Shown here: piece by piece, positions 18,763-30,309 of the stretch
How positions within the stretch are numbered: position 1 is the first letter of the stretch
Layout of the letters: every line of letters starts with the position of its first letter
Assembly (NCBI GenBank): GCA_046297415.1
Contig: JBKBIL010000003.1
Coordinates: 193,070 to 257,069 of the forward strand
Length of the DNA: 64,000 bases
From: Lacibacter sp.
GTDB taxonomy: Bacteria; Bacteroidota; Bacteroidia; Chitinophagales; Chitinophagaceae
Reading direction: 5' to 3'
The notes under the pieces: model-generated
Told to the model about the DNA's origin: nothing
The model's input: the letters and a program-made list of their open reading frames with translations, nothing else
Databases searched by the model: none
Position numbers and translations under genes: made by a program

Positions 18763-21700
18763 ATGGATCAGAAAATTCGGATTGTAACCGCAGCCAGCCT
18801 CTTCGACGGCCATGATGCTGCCATCAACATCATGCGCCGTATTATGCAAAGCATGGGCGCCGAAATCATCCACCTCGGCCACAACCGCAGCGTAAAAGAA
18901 ATTGTGGAAGCTGCCATTGAAGAAGATGCGCACGGCATTGCCATAACCAGCTACCAGGGCGGACATGTTGAGTTTTTCAAATACATGAAAGACCTGCTGG
19001 ACGAAAATGGCTGTGGCCACATCCGCATTTTCGGCGGCGGCGGCGGTACCATACTTCCGCAGGAAATTGAAGAACTGCATGCGTACGGCATTACCCGCAT
19101 TTACAGCCCCGACGACGGCCGCCACATGGGCCTTGAAGGCATGATTGCCGATGTGCTGGAAAAATGCCGCCCCCACCCGGCCTCCCCCGGAGGGGGAAGG
19201 GATTGGCGGCAGTCTGACTATTGGCAGGCGCCCGAAAAATGGAACGACAAACTTCCTTTGGATGAGAAAAAAGATATTAGACGTATCGCAAGAGCAATAA
19301 CCATAGCTGAATGTGGCTTAATTGGAAATGAATGGGGTTATGATGGTATATCAACGACTGTGAAACATTTCAAGGCCGACCCTTTACTTTATGCAAAACT
19401 GAAAGATTTCGCATTAGTACATCGAGCAGTGCCTACAGTTGCAGAGTCTGTTCTGTGGGACAAGTTGCAGGGCATGAAAGAAGGATACAAATTTCGTCGT
19501 CAGCATGTAATTGGTCAGTTTATTGCTGATTTTGCTTGCCTGAAAAAAGGTTTGATTATTGAAATTGATGGATTGTACCACCAGTTACCGGAAGTGCAAA
19601 TTAAGGATGAAGAACGGACTGAAATATTAAAGCAATTCGGTTTTACAGTTCTTCGATTTACAAATGATGATATCCTGTATCGTATAGAGGAAGTGATTCA
19701 AAAAATTTATCATACGTTACAAGTTCTTCCCGACAAGAGAGAGTTTGAACTAAATAGTGCGGCTGAACAACCCTCCCCCTCCGGGGGAGGTAAGGAGGGG
19801 GCACCCGTCCTTGGCATCACAGGTACCGGCGGTGCCGGTAAATCATCGGTAACCGATGAAATTGTGCGCCGCTATTTGCACAATTTTACCGACAAAACCA
19901 TTGCGGTTATTTCCGTTGATCCCAGCAAAAAGAAGACCGGCGGCGCCCTGCTGGGCGACCGCATTCGCATGAACGCCATAGCCCACCCGCGGGCATACAT
20001 GCGCAGCCTGGCCACCCGCGATGAGAATACCGCCCTGAGCGGCGCCGTGCAGCACGCACTGGATATTTGCCGGGCCGCCGGTTTTGACCTCATCATCCTC
20101 GAAAGCGCCGGCGTAGGCCAAAGCGATGCCTCGATTTTGGATTACTGCGATGTGAGTATGTATGTGATGACGCCCGAATACGGCGCCGCCTCACAGCTCG
20201 AAAAAATTAACATGCTCGATTATGCCGACGTGGTGTGCCTGAATAAGTTCGACAAGGCTGGTGCGTTAGATGCGCTGCAGGAGGTACGCAAGCAATACAA
20301 GCGCAACCACGGCCTGTGGAGCGCCAACGATGAAGAACTGCCCATTGTGGGCACCATGGCCAGTAAGTTTAATGATGAGGGTGTGAACCGTTTGTTTGCA
20401 CTACTGCTGCAGGTTATTGAAAAGAAAACCGGTGTACGCTTCGGCAATTTTTCATTTGCGCAAACAGCTAAGGTTACTCAGGCCATCATTCCCTCCACCC
20501 GTACCCGTTACCTGAGCGAAATTGCCGAAAACAACCGCAGCTACGACCAGTTGGTAAACCAACAAAGCGGCTTTGCCTCCAAGTTGTATCAGTTGCAGGG
20601 TGCGAAAGAAACGCTTACGGCGGCAGGTGCTCCGGCAGCGGCAATTGAACTTATCGACAAGCAGATTCAGTTTTATACCGATCAGCTCACGCCAGTTGCC
20701 CGTAAACTCATCAACAACTGGCCCAATAAGGTGGCTGCGTATCAGCAGGATTATTATGAATACACGGTGCGGGATAAAGTGATACGCCAGCCCATGTTTA
20801 CGCATAGCCTGTCGGGCACCCGCATACCCAAAGTGGTACTGCCCAAATACAAAGACTGGGGCGATTTGCTGCGCTGGCAGGCACAGGAAAACGTACCCGG
20901 CCATTTCCCGTTTACCGCAGGGGTATTTCCGCTGAAGCGGGAAGGAGAAGACCCCACGCGGATGTTTGCCGGCGAAGGTGGACCCGAACGCACCAACAAG
21001 CGGTTTCATTATGTTTCGATGGGGCAGCCGGCCCAGCGCCTTTCCACTGCCTTCGACAGTGTAACCCTGTACGGCGAAGACCCCGATTACCGGCCCGATA
21101 TCTATGGTAAAATAGGCAACAGCGGCGTTAGCATAGCCACGGTAGATGATGCCAAAAAACTATACAGTGGCTTTGACCTGTGCAGTCCGCGTACATCCGT
21201 GTCCATGACCATCAATGGTCCGGCACCCATTATTCTTGCTTTTTTCATGAATGCCGCCATCGACCAGCAGTGCGAAAAATGGATTGTGGCCAACGGGCGT
21301 CAGGATTGGGTGGAAGCCGCTTTGCAACGCAAGTACCCCGACGGCAACCGTCCGGTGTACCACAATCCCGCTTTTCCGGGCGCCTTGCCGGAAGGTAATA
21401 ACGGATTGGGGTTGCTGTTGCTGGGCCTCAGTGGCGATGAGGTGCTGCCTGCCGATGTGTATGCCCAATGCCGTCAGGCCGCGTTGCAGCAGGTACGGGG
21501 TACGGTACAGGCCGATATATTGAAAGAAGACCAGGCCCAAAATACCTGCATCTTCAGCACCGAGTTTGCGCTGAAGCTGATGGGCGATGTGCAGGAGTAT
21601 TTCATTCAGGAAAAAGTGCGGAACTTTTACAGCGTCAGCATCAGCGGCTATCATATTGCCGAAGCGGGCGCCAACCCCATCACCCAGCTGGCCTTTACGT

Positions 21701-22596
21701 TGGCAAACGGATTTACGTATGTAGAGTATTACCTCAGCCGGGGCATGCATATTGACGATTTTGCGCCCAACCTGTCGTTTTTCTTCAGCAACGGCATGGA
21801 TCCGGAATACAGTGTAATTGGCCGGGTGGCACGCCGCATTTGGGCCAAGGCCATGAAGTATAAGTACAAGGCCAATAAGCGGAGCCAGATGCTGAAATAT
21901 CACATTCAAACTTCGGGCCGCTCGCTGCATGCGCAGGAAATTGATTTTAACGATATACGCACTACCTTGCAGGCCCTTTACGCCATTTACGACAATTGCA
22001 ATTCGCTGCATACCAACGCCTACGATGAAGCCATTACCACGCCCACCGAAGAAAGCGTGCGCCGGGCCATGGCCATTCAGCTCATCATCAACCGCGAACT
22101 GGGCTCTGCCAAAACCGAGAATTTCATACAAGGCAGCTTTATCATAGAGGAACTTACCAACTTGGTGGAAGAAGCCGTACTGAAAGAGTTTGATCGCATT
22201 ACCGAAAGAGGTGGGGTGCTGGGTGCCATGGAACGCATGTACCAGCGCAACAAAATACAGGAAGAGAGTTTGCATTATGAACACCTGAAGCATACCGGCG
22301 AATTGCCCATCGTGGGGGTGAATACCTTCCTCAACAAGCAGGGAAGCCCAACCACCATACCCGGAGAGGTGATACGCAGTACCACGGAAGAAAAGGAACA
22401 GCAAATCAGTAACCTGCAGTCGTTTTGGAAACGCAATGCCGGCAAATCGGCCGAAATGTTGCAACGCCTGCGCAATGTTGCCATAAACAACGGTAACCTC
22501 TTTGCGGAGCTGATGGAAACCGTAAAGTATTGCTCGTTGGGGCAAATAACGCATGCCTTGTACGAAGTGGGCGGACAGTACCGGCGGAATATGTAA
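18763..22596 (+). CDS. icmF: Fused isobutyryl-CoA mutase / MeaI GTPase IcmF carrying an in-frame DUF559 endonuclease insertion
   Basis: B12 motif FDGHD, Walker [10 protein letters not shown], mutase domain with PTRMFAGEG (Phe, as in ICM). Extra segment at about aa 136-347. Confidence 0.92.
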   Translation: MDQKIRIVTAASLFDGHDAAINIMRRIMQSMGAEIIHLGHNRSVKEIVEAAIEEDAHGIAITSYQGGHVEFFKYMKDLLDENGCGHIRIFGGGGGTILPQEIEELHAYGITRIYSPDDGRHMGLEGMIADVLEKCRPHPASPGGGRDWRQSDYWQAPEKWNDKLPLDEKKDIRRIARAITIAECGLIGNEWGYDGISTTVKHFKADPLLYAKLKDFALVHRAVPTVAESVLWDKLQGMKEGYKFRRQHVIGQFIADFACLKKGLIIEIDGLYHQLPEVQIKDEERTEILKQFGFTVLRFTNDDILYRIEEVIQKIYHTLQVLPDKREFELNSAAEQPSPSGGGKEGAPVLGITGTGGAGKSSVTDEIVRRYLHNFTDKTIAVISVDPSKKKTGGALLGDRIRMNAIAHPRAYMRSLATRDENTALSGAVQHALDICRAAGFDLIILESAGVGQSDASILDYCDVSMYVMTPEYGAASQLEKINMLDYADVVCLNKFDKAGALDALQEVRKQYKRNHGLWSANDEELPIVGTMASKFNDEGVNRLFALLLQVIEKKTGVRFGNFSFAQTAKVTQAIIPSTRTRYLSEIAENNRSYDQLVNQQSGFASKLYQLQGAKETLTAAGAPAAAIELIDKQIQFYTDQLTPVARKLINNWPNKVAAYQQDYYEYTVRDKVIRQPMFTHSLSGTRIPKVVLPKYKDWGDLLRWQAQENVPGHFPFTAGVFPLKREGEDPTRMFAGEGGPERTNKRFHYVSMGQPAQRLSTAFDSVTLYGEDPDYRPDIYGKIGNSGVSIATVDDAKKLYSGFDLCSPRTSVSMTINGPAPIILAFFMNAAIDQQCEKWIVANGRQDWVEAALQRKYPDGNRPVYHNPAFPGALPEGNNGLGLLLLGLSGDEVLPADVYAQCRQAALQQVRGTVQADILKEDQAQNTCIFSTEFALKLMGDVQEYFIQEKVRNFYSVSISGYHIAEAGANPITQLAFTLANGFTYVEYYLSRGMHIDDFAPNLSFFFSNGMDPEYSVIGRVARRIWAKAMKYKYKANKRSQMLKYHIQTSGRSLHAQEIDFNDIRTTLQALYAIYDNCNSLHTNAYDEAITTPTEESVRRAMAIQLIINRELGSAKTENFIQGSFIIEELTNLVEEAVLKEFDRITERGGVLGAMERMYQRNKIQEESLHYEHLKHTGELPIVGVNTFLNKQGSPTTIPGEVIRSTTEEKEQQISNLQSFWKRNAGKSAEMLQRLRNVAINNGNLFAELMETVKYCSLGQITHALYEVGGQYRRNM
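19169..19802 (+). mobile_element. Inverted-repeat-bounded DUF559 cassette, in frame inside icmF
   Basis: Left repeat 19169-19202 and right repeat 19770-19802 are imperfect reverse complements. Interior encodes [31 protein letters not shown]; hand-counted G+C about 39% versus roughly 55% in sampled flanking lines. Confidence 0.8.
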
Positions 22597-22611
22597 TGCT
22601 GCGGGAGGCGG

Positions 22612-22705
22612 AAGTAAGGTGTAAGGCGAAAGGCGTTAGGTGAAGGTTTAGGGCGTGGGGTGTAAGGTGTAAGGCGTAGGGCGTAAGGTTAAGGGTGAAG
22701 GGGGG
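22612..22705. repeat. G-rich heptamer array after icmF stop
   Basis: GTAAGGT GTAAGGC GAAAGGC GTTAGGT... units. Confidence 0.85.
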
Positions 22706-22790
22706 AAGAGGTATTGTTGGAGATAAGTAGTAGAGGGTCTGGAGTTTTCCGTAAAATTTTATCACATCCGATACACTTCGGTGCCAATTA

Positions 22791-22825
22791 TTGTGCCCCT
22801 TCGTGCCCTTGGTGCCTTGGTGGTT
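22791..22825. repeat. Solo 9-nt-periodic repeat, same family as 12687-12724
   Basis: TTGTGCCCCTTCGTGCCCTTGGTGCCTTGGTGGTT. Confidence 0.6.
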
Positions 22826-22941
22826 TTATACATGCTTTTAACAGAAATAATTTTCTGATGCAGTTGTGCGTGCTGCAACGCGGCGTACTCCTTTCGCTGA
22901 GGTTGGCACCAGCGTCCAATTCCATTTTACTCTGGCAACTA

Positions 22942-24585
22942 CTATTCCCAAATTACCGTTTTGCTGTGGTGAAACCATTCGGCATAGTAAGGCTGGTGCA
23001 ACCGTTCCACCTCATTGCGCTTCACCTTCAGGGTTGGCGTAAGCAGGCCGTTTTCTACCGTCCAGTTTTCTTTCATTACCACGGCCTTTTCCAGTTTTTC
23101 GTATTGCTCCAGGTTGCGGTTGATTTGTTGCAGCAATATTATCAGTGCATGATTGATGGCTTCTCTCGATTGCAGGCGCCCTGCTTCATTCAGCGTTATC
23201 AGGGCAATGGGTTGCGGTATGCCCATGCCCACCACGCAAACCTGTTCTATCAGTTCGCAGGCCATCAGTTGCAGTTCAATGGGGGCAGGAGAAATGTACT
23301 TGCCTTTATCGGTTTTAAATTGGTCTTTCAAGCGGCCGGTAATAAACAAAAACCCTTCGTGGTCGTACTCCACTTTATCGCCCGTACGCACATACCCTTC
23401 TGCATCAAACAGGGCGGCTGTTAGTTCGGGCTCTTTGTAATAGCCTTTCATCAGGCTGGGGCTTTTCACCAGCAGTTCGCCTTCGGGCGAAATTTTTGTT
23501 TGCAGTCCCGGCAGGGGTTTGCCTACCGAACCCATACGGCGGGTACCGGGCCGTTCAAAGTGTGCGTAAACGCAGTCTTCCGTCATGCCGTAAGCCTGAT
23601 AAATGGTTATGCCCAGCCGGTTGAACCATTTTAGGTTGTCGAGCGAAAGCGGGGCGGCACCACTGAAAATATGGGTAGCCCGTGCCAGGCCCAGTTTGTG
23701 TCGAATTTTTTTGCGTAGCAGGTTGCCCAGCAGCGGAATACCCAGCAGGGTGCGCAGCTTTTTTTCCGAAAACTTTTTCAGGATACCTTCCCGAAACTTA
23801 CTCCAAATGCGGGGCACTGCAAAAAAGCAGTGGGGCTGCGTGTCTTCGAGGTTGGCGGCAAAGGTTTCCAAATTTTCTGCAAACGAAAAGCTGCCCCCGT
23901 TGTAAAGTCCGTTCATTTCAATGCCTACCTTCTCGGCAATATGGCTTAGGGGCAGGTACGAAAAAAGAACGGGCCGCCGGGGTAGCGAAAGTTCCTGCAT
24001 GGCGGTTTGCAGTACCGTATCAATATTGCCGCAGGTATGCATTACGCCCTTGGGGTGTCCGGTGGTGCCCGATGTGTACATGATGGTAAACAGTTCATCG
24101 GGCTGCCAGTTATGCAGCTGTATTAATGGGGTATACTGCCGGCGCCAGTCTTCCCAGCGGTGTTGTACCTGTATGCCATAGGTGGCAAATCCAATTTGCA
24201 GCAAATGCTCCGGTATGCCGGGTTGTTGTGCCGCAAAATCATCCAGTTTGCCTACAAACACCGCTTTGCTGTTGCTGTGCCGCAAAATGGGTTCAATGGC
24301 GCTTGCCGTAAGGGTGGGGTAAATGGGAATGGAAACGCATCCGGCCATCATAAGGGCCAGGTCGGCCATCATCCAATGGGCGCAGTTTTTAGACAGGATG
24401 GCTACATGATCACCCGGCTGCAGGCCGGCAGTTCGCAGCCCCTGAGCAATGCGCCGGGCCTCATCGCCGGCTTGTTGCCACGTCCAGGTTATCCATTTTC
24501 CGCTAATGGGTTGGCGTAGCAATACATCGTTGGGGCATTGCGCTTCCCATTTCAAAAACGCGGCAAGGGGCGATGATGTGGCCAT
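22942..24585 (-). CDS. Long-chain fatty acid-CoA ligase (AMP-binding)
   Basis: MYTSGTTGHPKG, YGMTE, RTGD, GRLKDQFKTDKGKYISP. ATG at 24585; TTG alternative at 24591. Confidence 0.9.
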   Translation of the reverse strand: MATSSPLAAFLKWEAQCPNDVLLRQPISGKWITWTWQQAGDEARRIAQGLRTAGLQPGDHVAILSKNCAHWMMADLALMMAGCVSIPIYPTLTASAIEPILRHSNSKAVFVGKLDDFAAQQPGIPEHLLQIGFATYGIQVQHRWEDWRRQYTPLIQLHNWQPDELFTIMYTSGTTGHPKGVMHTCGNIDTVLQTAMQELSLPRRPVLFSYLPLSHIAEKVGIEMNGLYNGGSFSFAENLETFAANLEDTQPHCFFAVPRIWSKFREGILKKFSEKKLRTLLGIPLLGNLLRKKIRHKLGLARATHIFSGAAPLSLDNLKWFNRLGITIYQAYGMTEDCVYAHFERPGTRRMGSVGKPLPGLQTKISPEGELLVKSPSLMKGYYKEPELTAALFDAEGYVRTGDKVEYDHEGFLFITGRLKDQFKTDKGKYISPAPIELQLMACELIEQVCVVGMGIPQPIALITLNEAGRLQSREAINHALIILLQQINRNLEQYEKLEKAVVMKENWTVENGLLTPTLKVKRNEVERLHQPYYAEWFHHSKTVIWE

Positions 24586-24638
24586 AAGCAATCCTTTATC
24601 GCCCCGAATCTAAGCATTTTAACGCAGGGAGTGGGACT

Positions 24639-25232
24639 TCAGTTATCGTCGTCTTCTTTCTGTTTTACGCCTTTTTTATCAATCAGCATCCTGTTGCCGT
24701 CTTTCATAACCCGGGCTTTCCCCTCTACAAACATGTCGGCAAAATTATAGGCGTAGGGTAATACCAAATCGCCATTCTTGTTAATGTAACCCCAAAGGCC
24801 CTTGCTGTTGGCCACGGGTGCCATCCCTTCGGAAAAGCAGCGTGCCACTTCATATTCGTAGGGTATTACCACTTTCATTTCGTAGTTGATGTAGCCAAAC
24901 TTGCCGTTTTTTTTCACGGGAGCCAGCCCTTCGCTAAAACTAAACGCATCTTCAAACTGGGGTTCGGCAACTACCTTGCCCGTACTATCCAGGTAGCCCC
25001 ATTTGGCCCCTTTGCGTACAGTGGCATACCCTTCACGAAACGCGTTGGCTTCATCATAAACCAGCGGCACAATTAAATTTCCCTTACTATCCACATAGCC
25101 AAATTTTCCGGCTTTGCTAACCTTGGCAAGGCCGCAGATACAATCGTCAACGTAATCATAGTTGCGAGCCCAGTCCTGAGCGCCCACCTGCAGGGCGCCG
25201 GCCAAAAACAGGAAGGTGATCAAGCGTTTCAT
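24639..25232 (-). CDS. WG-repeat-containing secreted protein
   Basis: Signal peptide; repeated K(W/F)GY(I/L/V)D/N...F.EG.A units. Confidence 0.85.
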   Translation of the reverse strand: MKRLITFLFLAGALQVGAQDWARNYDYVDDCICGLAKVSKAGKFGYVDSKGNLIVPLVYDEANAFREGYATVRKGAKWGYLDSTGKVVAEPQFEDAFSFSEGLAPVKKNGKFGYINYEMKVVIPYEYEVARCFSEGMAPVANSKGLWGYINKNGDLVLPYAYNFADMFVEGKARVMKDGNRMLIDKKGVKQKEDDDN

Positions 25233-25501
25233 AACCTGAATTTTTGAGTGGGTAAATTAGTTTTTCCCCATGCGGCAAACGATGACCTGGGGCAGCGGCA
25301 ACACTGATGTGGGGCAGCGCCTTTCTTTGGGAAAACGATTTGGATGTGGCAGCCATATCCTGCTTTTTTGTTAAGGATGCTGTTTCGGCCCGTAAGGCAT
25401 TTTTATAACTTGTAAATTGCCGCCAACAGCGCAAGCCGTAAACGTTTCAACGAAGGATTGAAGCTTGTGTTGCAATCAAATTTTTTAACCAATTCAATCA
25501 T

Positions 25502-28108
25502 ATGACGGCAGAACACCTGCGCCTGGCTGAAAATAAGTTGAAACCCGTTCCGCTGGAACGATGGGGCCCCTACCTGAGCGAACGCCAATGGGGTACGGTA
25601 CGGGAAGATTACGGCCCTTACGGCGATGCTTGGGGTTATTTCCCCTTTGAACATGCCCACTTCCGCAGTTATTTGTGGGGCGAAGACGGACTGGCCGGCA
25701 TATCCGATTACTTCCAGAACCTTTGCTTTGGGCTTGCCTTATGGAACGGCAAGGATGAAATTTTGAAAGAGCGCCTGTTTGGCCTGGGAAATTACAAGGG
25801 TAACCACGGCGAAGACGTGAAGGAGTTGTACTACCATCTCGATAATTTGCCCAGCCATTACTACATGGAGTATTTATACAAATACCCCCAGGTTGCTTTT
25901 CCTTATAAAAAACTGTACGAAGAAAATGCCCGACGCACCCGCGACGAGCCCGAATTTGAAATTTTGGATACCGGAGCCTTTCGCAACCATCATTACTTTG
26001 ATGTGCATGTAACCTATGCCAAAGCGCACAGCACCGACATTTTTATTCGCATTGCCATAACCAACCGATACCACCGCGCCGCCGATATTACGGTGCTGCC
26101 CACCTTATGGTTTGCCAACAAATGGCAACGCGAGCCTGGGAGCAAACGCCCCGAAATTTTGAGTCGTGGCAAAGGATGGGTGCAGGCCACGCATCACCGG
26201 CTGGGTACCTATCACCTGTACTTTACCGATGAAGAGGAGTTGTGGTTTACCGAAAATGAAACCAATAAGGAAAAGTTAAATGGCACGCCCAACGAATCCA
26301 TCTTTACCAAAGATGCGTTTCACGAAGCGGTTATTCACGACCGCCACCGCCGCAAACTGCGTGAAAAGAAATGCGGCACCAAATGTGCACCGGTGTACCG
26401 CCTGCACCTGCGGGCACATGAAACCCGCACCTTATACCTGCGGCTTACCAATGAAGAACAACCGCATCCGTTTCCGTTTGGCTTTGAACACCTGTTTCAA
26501 CAACGTAAACAGGAGGCCGATGCCTTCTACGACCGGGTAATACCTGCGCATCTGTCAGAAGAGCAGCGCCGTATTTGCCGCCGGGCTTACGCCGGCTTGT
26601 TGTGGAGCAAGCAGTATTATGAATTTGACGTGGAAGCATGGCTCAGCCAAAGCGACGGCATTACCCCGGTAAACGACGGGAAAAAATACGGCCGCAACAG
26701 CGACTGGAAGCATCTGAAAAATGCCGACGTGATTCTGATGCCCGACAAGTGGGAATACCCCTGGTATGCCGCCTGGGACCTGGCCTTTCATTGCATTTCA
26801 ATGGCCGCCATCGATCCCGTATTTGCCAAGCATCAGCTGCTGCTGATTATGCGGGAGTGGTACATGAAACCCGACGGACAGTTGCCGGCTTACGAGTGGA
26901 ACTTCAGCGACGTAAATCCGCCGGTGCATGCCATGGCGGCCTGGTGGGTGTACCAGGTAGAAAAAAAGCAAACCGGGCAGGGCGATATTACCTTTCTGAA
27001 ACGCATTTTTCAAAAACTGCTCATCAACTTTACGTGGTGGATTAACCGAAAAGACGAAAACGGCAACAACCTGTTTCAGGGTGGATTTTTGGGGCTCGAT
27101 AACATTGGCGTGTTCAACCGCAGCCATCACATACCCGGCAACCACCAGCTGGAGCAGGCCGATGGTACTTCATGGATGGGCATGTACGCCCTGAACATGA
27201 TGGACATAGCGCTGGAAATTGCCGTACACGACCCGGCTTTTGAAGACACGGCCACCCGCTTTTTTGAACATTTTGTGCTGATTGCCGAAGCGCTCAACGA
27301 ACACCATACCTGGAACGAGGAGGATAAATTTTATTACGATGTATTGTGTTTGCACGACGGCAGTGTCATTCCGCTGCGCATACAGTCGGCCGTAGGCTTA
27401 ACCAGTTTGTTTGCCGTAAGCACCATACGGCGCCCCGTGTTGCAACAGCTCACCGATTTTCGAAAGCGAATTACCTGGTTTGAGCAATATCGCAAAAAGA
27501 ACGGACGCTTTTGGCCCAATGAAGAACGAAGCGACAGTGATGAGATATTGCTTTCGCTGGTGCCCCGCGAACGATTAATACCCATTGTGAACCGATTGGT
27601 AGATGAGGCGGAGTTTTTATCGGTAGGTGGCATACGGGCTTTGTCGAAGTACCATGAAGCGCATCCGTATTCGGTGGAAATTGAAGGACAAACCTATTCC
27701 ATTCGCTACGACCCGGGCGACAGCACCAGCGATATGTTTGGCGGCAACAGCAACTGGCGGGGGCCGGTGTGGATGCCCATCAACTTTTTGATTATTCAGT
27801 CGCTCAGGCGTTTCGGAAAGTTTTACGGCGATTCTCTTACGGTAGAATATCCCAAAGGCAGCGGCCGCTCCTGCAACCTGGAAGCCATAGCCACCATGCT
27901 TACCCACCGCATTGCCTCCCTGTTTTTGCCCGATGCCGAAGGCAACCGCAAATGTTACGAGCAGTACAACTGGTTTTATCAGCTGCCCGAAAACCGGCAC
28001 CTGCTCTTGTTTTACGAATATTTTCATGGCGACAGCGGTAAGGGCCTGGGCGCCAGCCATCAAACCGGGTGGACGGCCCTGATTGCCCACCTGCTGAGCG
28101 ATTTATAA
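25502..28108 (+). CDS. MGH1-like / GH63-type glycoside hydrolase
   Basis: [57 protein letters not shown]. Confidence 0.85.
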   Translation: MTAEHLRLAENKLKPVPLERWGPYLSERQWGTVREDYGPYGDAWGYFPFEHAHFRSYLWGEDGLAGISDYFQNLCFGLALWNGKDEILKERLFGLGNYKGNHGEDVKELYYHLDNLPSHYYMEYLYKYPQVAFPYKKLYEENARRTRDEPEFEILDTGAFRNHHYFDVHVTYAKAHSTDIFIRIAITNRYHRAADITVLPTLWFANKWQREPGSKRPEILSRGKGWVQATHHRLGTYHLYFTDEEELWFTENETNKEKLNGTPNESIFTKDAFHEAVIHDRHRRKLREKKCGTKCAPVYRLHLRAHETRTLYLRLTNEEQPHPFPFGFEHLFQQRKQEADAFYDRVIPAHLSEEQRRICRRAYAGLLWSKQYYEFDVEAWLSQSDGITPVNDGKKYGRNSDWKHLKNADVILMPDKWEYPWYAAWDLAFHCISMAAIDPVFAKHQLLLIMREWYMKPDGQLPAYEWNFSDVNPPVHAMAAWWVYQVEKKQTGQGDITFLKRIFQKLLINFTWWINRKDENGNNLFQGGFLGLDNIGVFNRSHHIPGNHQLEQADGTSWMGMYALNMMDIALEIAVHDPAFEDTATRFFEHFVLIAEALNEHHTWNEEDKFYYDVLCLHDGSVIPLRIQSAVGLTSLFAVSTIRRPVLQQLTDFRKRITWFEQYRKKNGRFWPNEERSDSDEILLSLVPRERLIPIVNRLVDEAEFLSVGGIRALSKYHEAHPYSVEIEGQTYSIRYDPGDSTSDMFGGNSNWRGPVWMPINFLIIQSLRRFGKFYGDSLTVEYPKGSGRSCNLEAIATMLTHRIASLFLPDAEGNRKCYEQYNWFYQLPENRHLLLFYEYFHGDSGKGLGASHQTGWTALIAHLLSDL

Positions 28109-28843
28109 CGGGGGTATGGCTGCTGCGGGCAGGGGGTCGAGTATGTGCGGCGTATCGGCCTTGCGGGTGCGAATGGTGTTTACCGGCCAGGCTTCCAGCG
28201 CTTCCGAAGGAAATTCGAACTGCAGCAGGGCTTCCAGGGCTGCATCGCTCAGGTTGGGGCGTAGCCATTGCGCAGCCCTTGCGGGGTCTAATAGCAAAGG
28301 CATGCGGCCGCTGTTGGGTCCGCTGTTGTGAATGCGGCGCAGCAAATCGTTACCCGGGCGGGTTACGATGGCAAACGTTCCTGTCAGCTCGCCGGTTTCG
28401 GGGTTGGGTTGAGGTGCATAGTTGTAGAGGCCGGCCAAAAAAAACAGCTCCTGGTTTTTAACACGGATGAAATAGGGCAGTTTCTTCTTCCATCCCACCT
28501 CGCGGTGCTCAAAAAAACCCGTGGTGCAAACGAGGCAGCGTTGGTGGCGGATGCGGTGCCATACGCTGCGGGTATCGTGCAGTATTTTTTCGCTGCGGGC
28601 ATTGGCCATGCTGCTGCGGTACTGTGCTATTTTTTCGGGCGTGTTCATGTAGGGGGCAATGAGGCCCCATTCAAAATAGCGCAGCTTGCGCTTGCCGTCT
28701 TCTTCCAACACCACCGGAAACGGATGACAGCTTTGTGCCACCTGGTGCCAGGTGGGCTGCCAGGCATCGGCCGGTACCTCATCGAGCGGCAGCATGGCGT
28801 TAATGTGTTGCACCGGGGCAAAAAAACTCATGTCGTAGCACAT
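28103..28843 (-). CDS. SOS response-associated peptidase (SRAP/YedK/HMCES family)
   Basis: N-terminal MC (Cys2), NARSE, RCLV..TGFFE, IHN...RMPL. Confidence 0.88.
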   Translation of the reverse strand: MCYDMSFFAPVQHINAMLPLDEVPADAWQPTWHQVAQSCHPFPVVLEEDGKRKLRYFEWGLIAPYMNTPEKIAQYRSSMANARSEKILHDTRSVWHRIRHQRCLVCTTGFFEHREVGWKKKLPYFIRVKNQELFFLAGLYNYAPQPNPETGELTGTFAIVTRPGNDLLRRIHNSGPNSGRMPLLLDPARAAQWLRPNLSDAALEALLQFEFPSEALEAWPVNTIRTRKADTPHILDPLPAAAIPPL

Positions 28844-28965
28844 GGGCAGCCGGGTTCAGGTGGCCTAAAGGTAGGGCCGCGGCGAATAACTTCATGCAGG
28901 GGGCGCTTTTACTGGCAGCAAAAAGGATGGGATCGGGAGGATGCTTCGTTTTGCGGAGTGGCTGT

Positions 28966-30249
28966 TCAGTGCACTTCATACAATTCATTCCAGCGGGTGG
29001 TATAGCGTTTGCTCCGTAGTTCCTGCCGCATCTTCCAGTTGCGGCGCAGGCCCGAGGCGGCAAATTTCACCACATCGTCCCGCATGCTGAAGTTGATGTT
29101 GTCCACGGCCTCCATCAGCCGCCGTTCCTGCTGCGGCCCGGCCGGGGCAAACAGGTTGCCCTGTATGGAAGCGTCGGGTACCAGTTCGGCCAGCAGCACA
29201 CCGGCTTTGAGGTAACGGGGCCCCTTTACGTACAGTTGCTCTACCAGCGGCAGGGCGTGGCGGATGAGTGCGGCCGTGCTGGAAGTGGGTACCGCCAGCC
29301 GGGTATGGCTGTGGCGGGAGTAGGGGCGGTATTCGTAGTTGCGGCCTTCGGTATCGTTGCACACCACAAACACATCCAGCAGGCCGGCGGCGCTGTGCTG
29401 CCGCCGCAGCTTTTCGGCAGCCCGGGCCGTGTAGGTGGCTACGGCTTCTTTCAAATCGGCCAGTTCGTAAACCGGTTTGCCAAACATGCGGGTGGTGGCA
29501 ATCATTTTTTTGGTTTCGAGCGGGTCTTTCAGTTCAATGCAGGGCTGGCCCCGCAGTTCGCGAATAAGGCGTACCCCCACCACGCCGCCCAGTTGCTTGC
29601 GGGCCCATTCCTCGCTCATGCGGCTGAGCTCCCAGGCGGTTTGAATGTTGTACAGTTCCTGCAGTTTGTAGGCATAGCGCCGGCCTACCCCCCATACATC
29701 GGCAACCGGGGTGCGTTGTAAGGCGTCGCGTATGGCTTCTTCCGAAGTCAGTACCCAAATGCAGCCGGTGGCCTGTTTGTTTTTTTTGGCCAGGCGGTTG
29801 GCCACCTTGCTCAGCACCTTGGTGGGCCCCACGCCTACCGATACGGCAATGCCCGTCCATTGTTCGGTACGTTCTTTCAGTTCCCGCACCAGTGCGGGCA
29901 GTTGGGCCGGCGGTACCCGGGCCAGGTTAATGAAGGCTTCATCTACCGAGTACACTTCTACCTGCTCTTTTCCCATGATGGAGCGGAGGGTATCCATCAC
30001 CCGCATGCTCATATCGCCGTACAGGTGGTAGTTGCTCGAAAATACGGCTACGTTGTTTTTCAGAATTACATCTTTGTTTTGGTAGTAAGGTCCGGCCATG
30101 CCAATGCCCAGCGCTTTGGCCTCATCGGTACGGCTTACAATGCAGCCATCGTTATTGCTCAGCACCACCACCGGTCGGTTGTACAGGTGCGGCGCAAACA
30201 GGCGCTCGCAGGCGCAGTAAAAACTGTTGCAGTCAACAATGGCGTACAT
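28966..30249 (-). CDS. umuC: Y-family DNA polymerase, UmuC-like
   Basis: IVDCNSFYCACE, VVLSNNDGC, YSVDEAF, KVLSKVAN, C-terminal WKMRQELRSKRYTTRW. Confidence 0.92.
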   Translation of the reverse strand: MYAIVDCNSFYCACERLFAPHLYNRPVVVLSNNDGCIVSRTDEAKALGIGMAGPYYQNKDVILKNNVAVFSSNYHLYGDMSMRVMDTLRSIMGKEQVEVYSVDEAFINLARVPPAQLPALVRELKERTEQWTGIAVSVGVGPTKVLSKVANRLAKKNKQATGCIWVLTSEEAIRDALQRTPVADVWGVGRRYAYKLQELYNIQTAWELSRMSEEWARKQLGGVVGVRLIRELRGQPCIELKDPLETKKMIATTRMFGKPVYELADLKEAVATYTARAAEKLRRQHSAAGLLDVFVVCNDTEGRNYEYRPYSRHSHTRLAVPTSSTAALIRHALPLVEQLYVKGPRYLKAGVLLAELVPDASIQGNLFAPAGPQQERRLMEAVDNINFSMRDDVVKFAASGLRRNWKMRQELRSKRYTTRWNELYEVH

Positions 30250-30263
30250 AACTCATTTTTTGT

Positions 30264-30298
30264 GCTCCCGCCGGCGGCTATACGCCCCGGCGGCGGGT
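30264..30298. repeat. REP copy 1 (RAYT-associated)
   Basis: GCTCCCGCCGGCGGCTATACGCCCCGGCGGCGGGT, imperfect palindrome. Confidence 0.8.
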
Positions 30299-30309
30299 TG
30301 TGTATGGTT

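Noticed and set aside
19300-19802. Intein interpretation of the icmF insertion (a Cys follows AITIAE; Asn-Ser near the end)
   Set aside because: No recognisable intein block A or B, no His-Asn-(Cys/Ser/Thr) end, and too short for a HINT domain plus nuclease.
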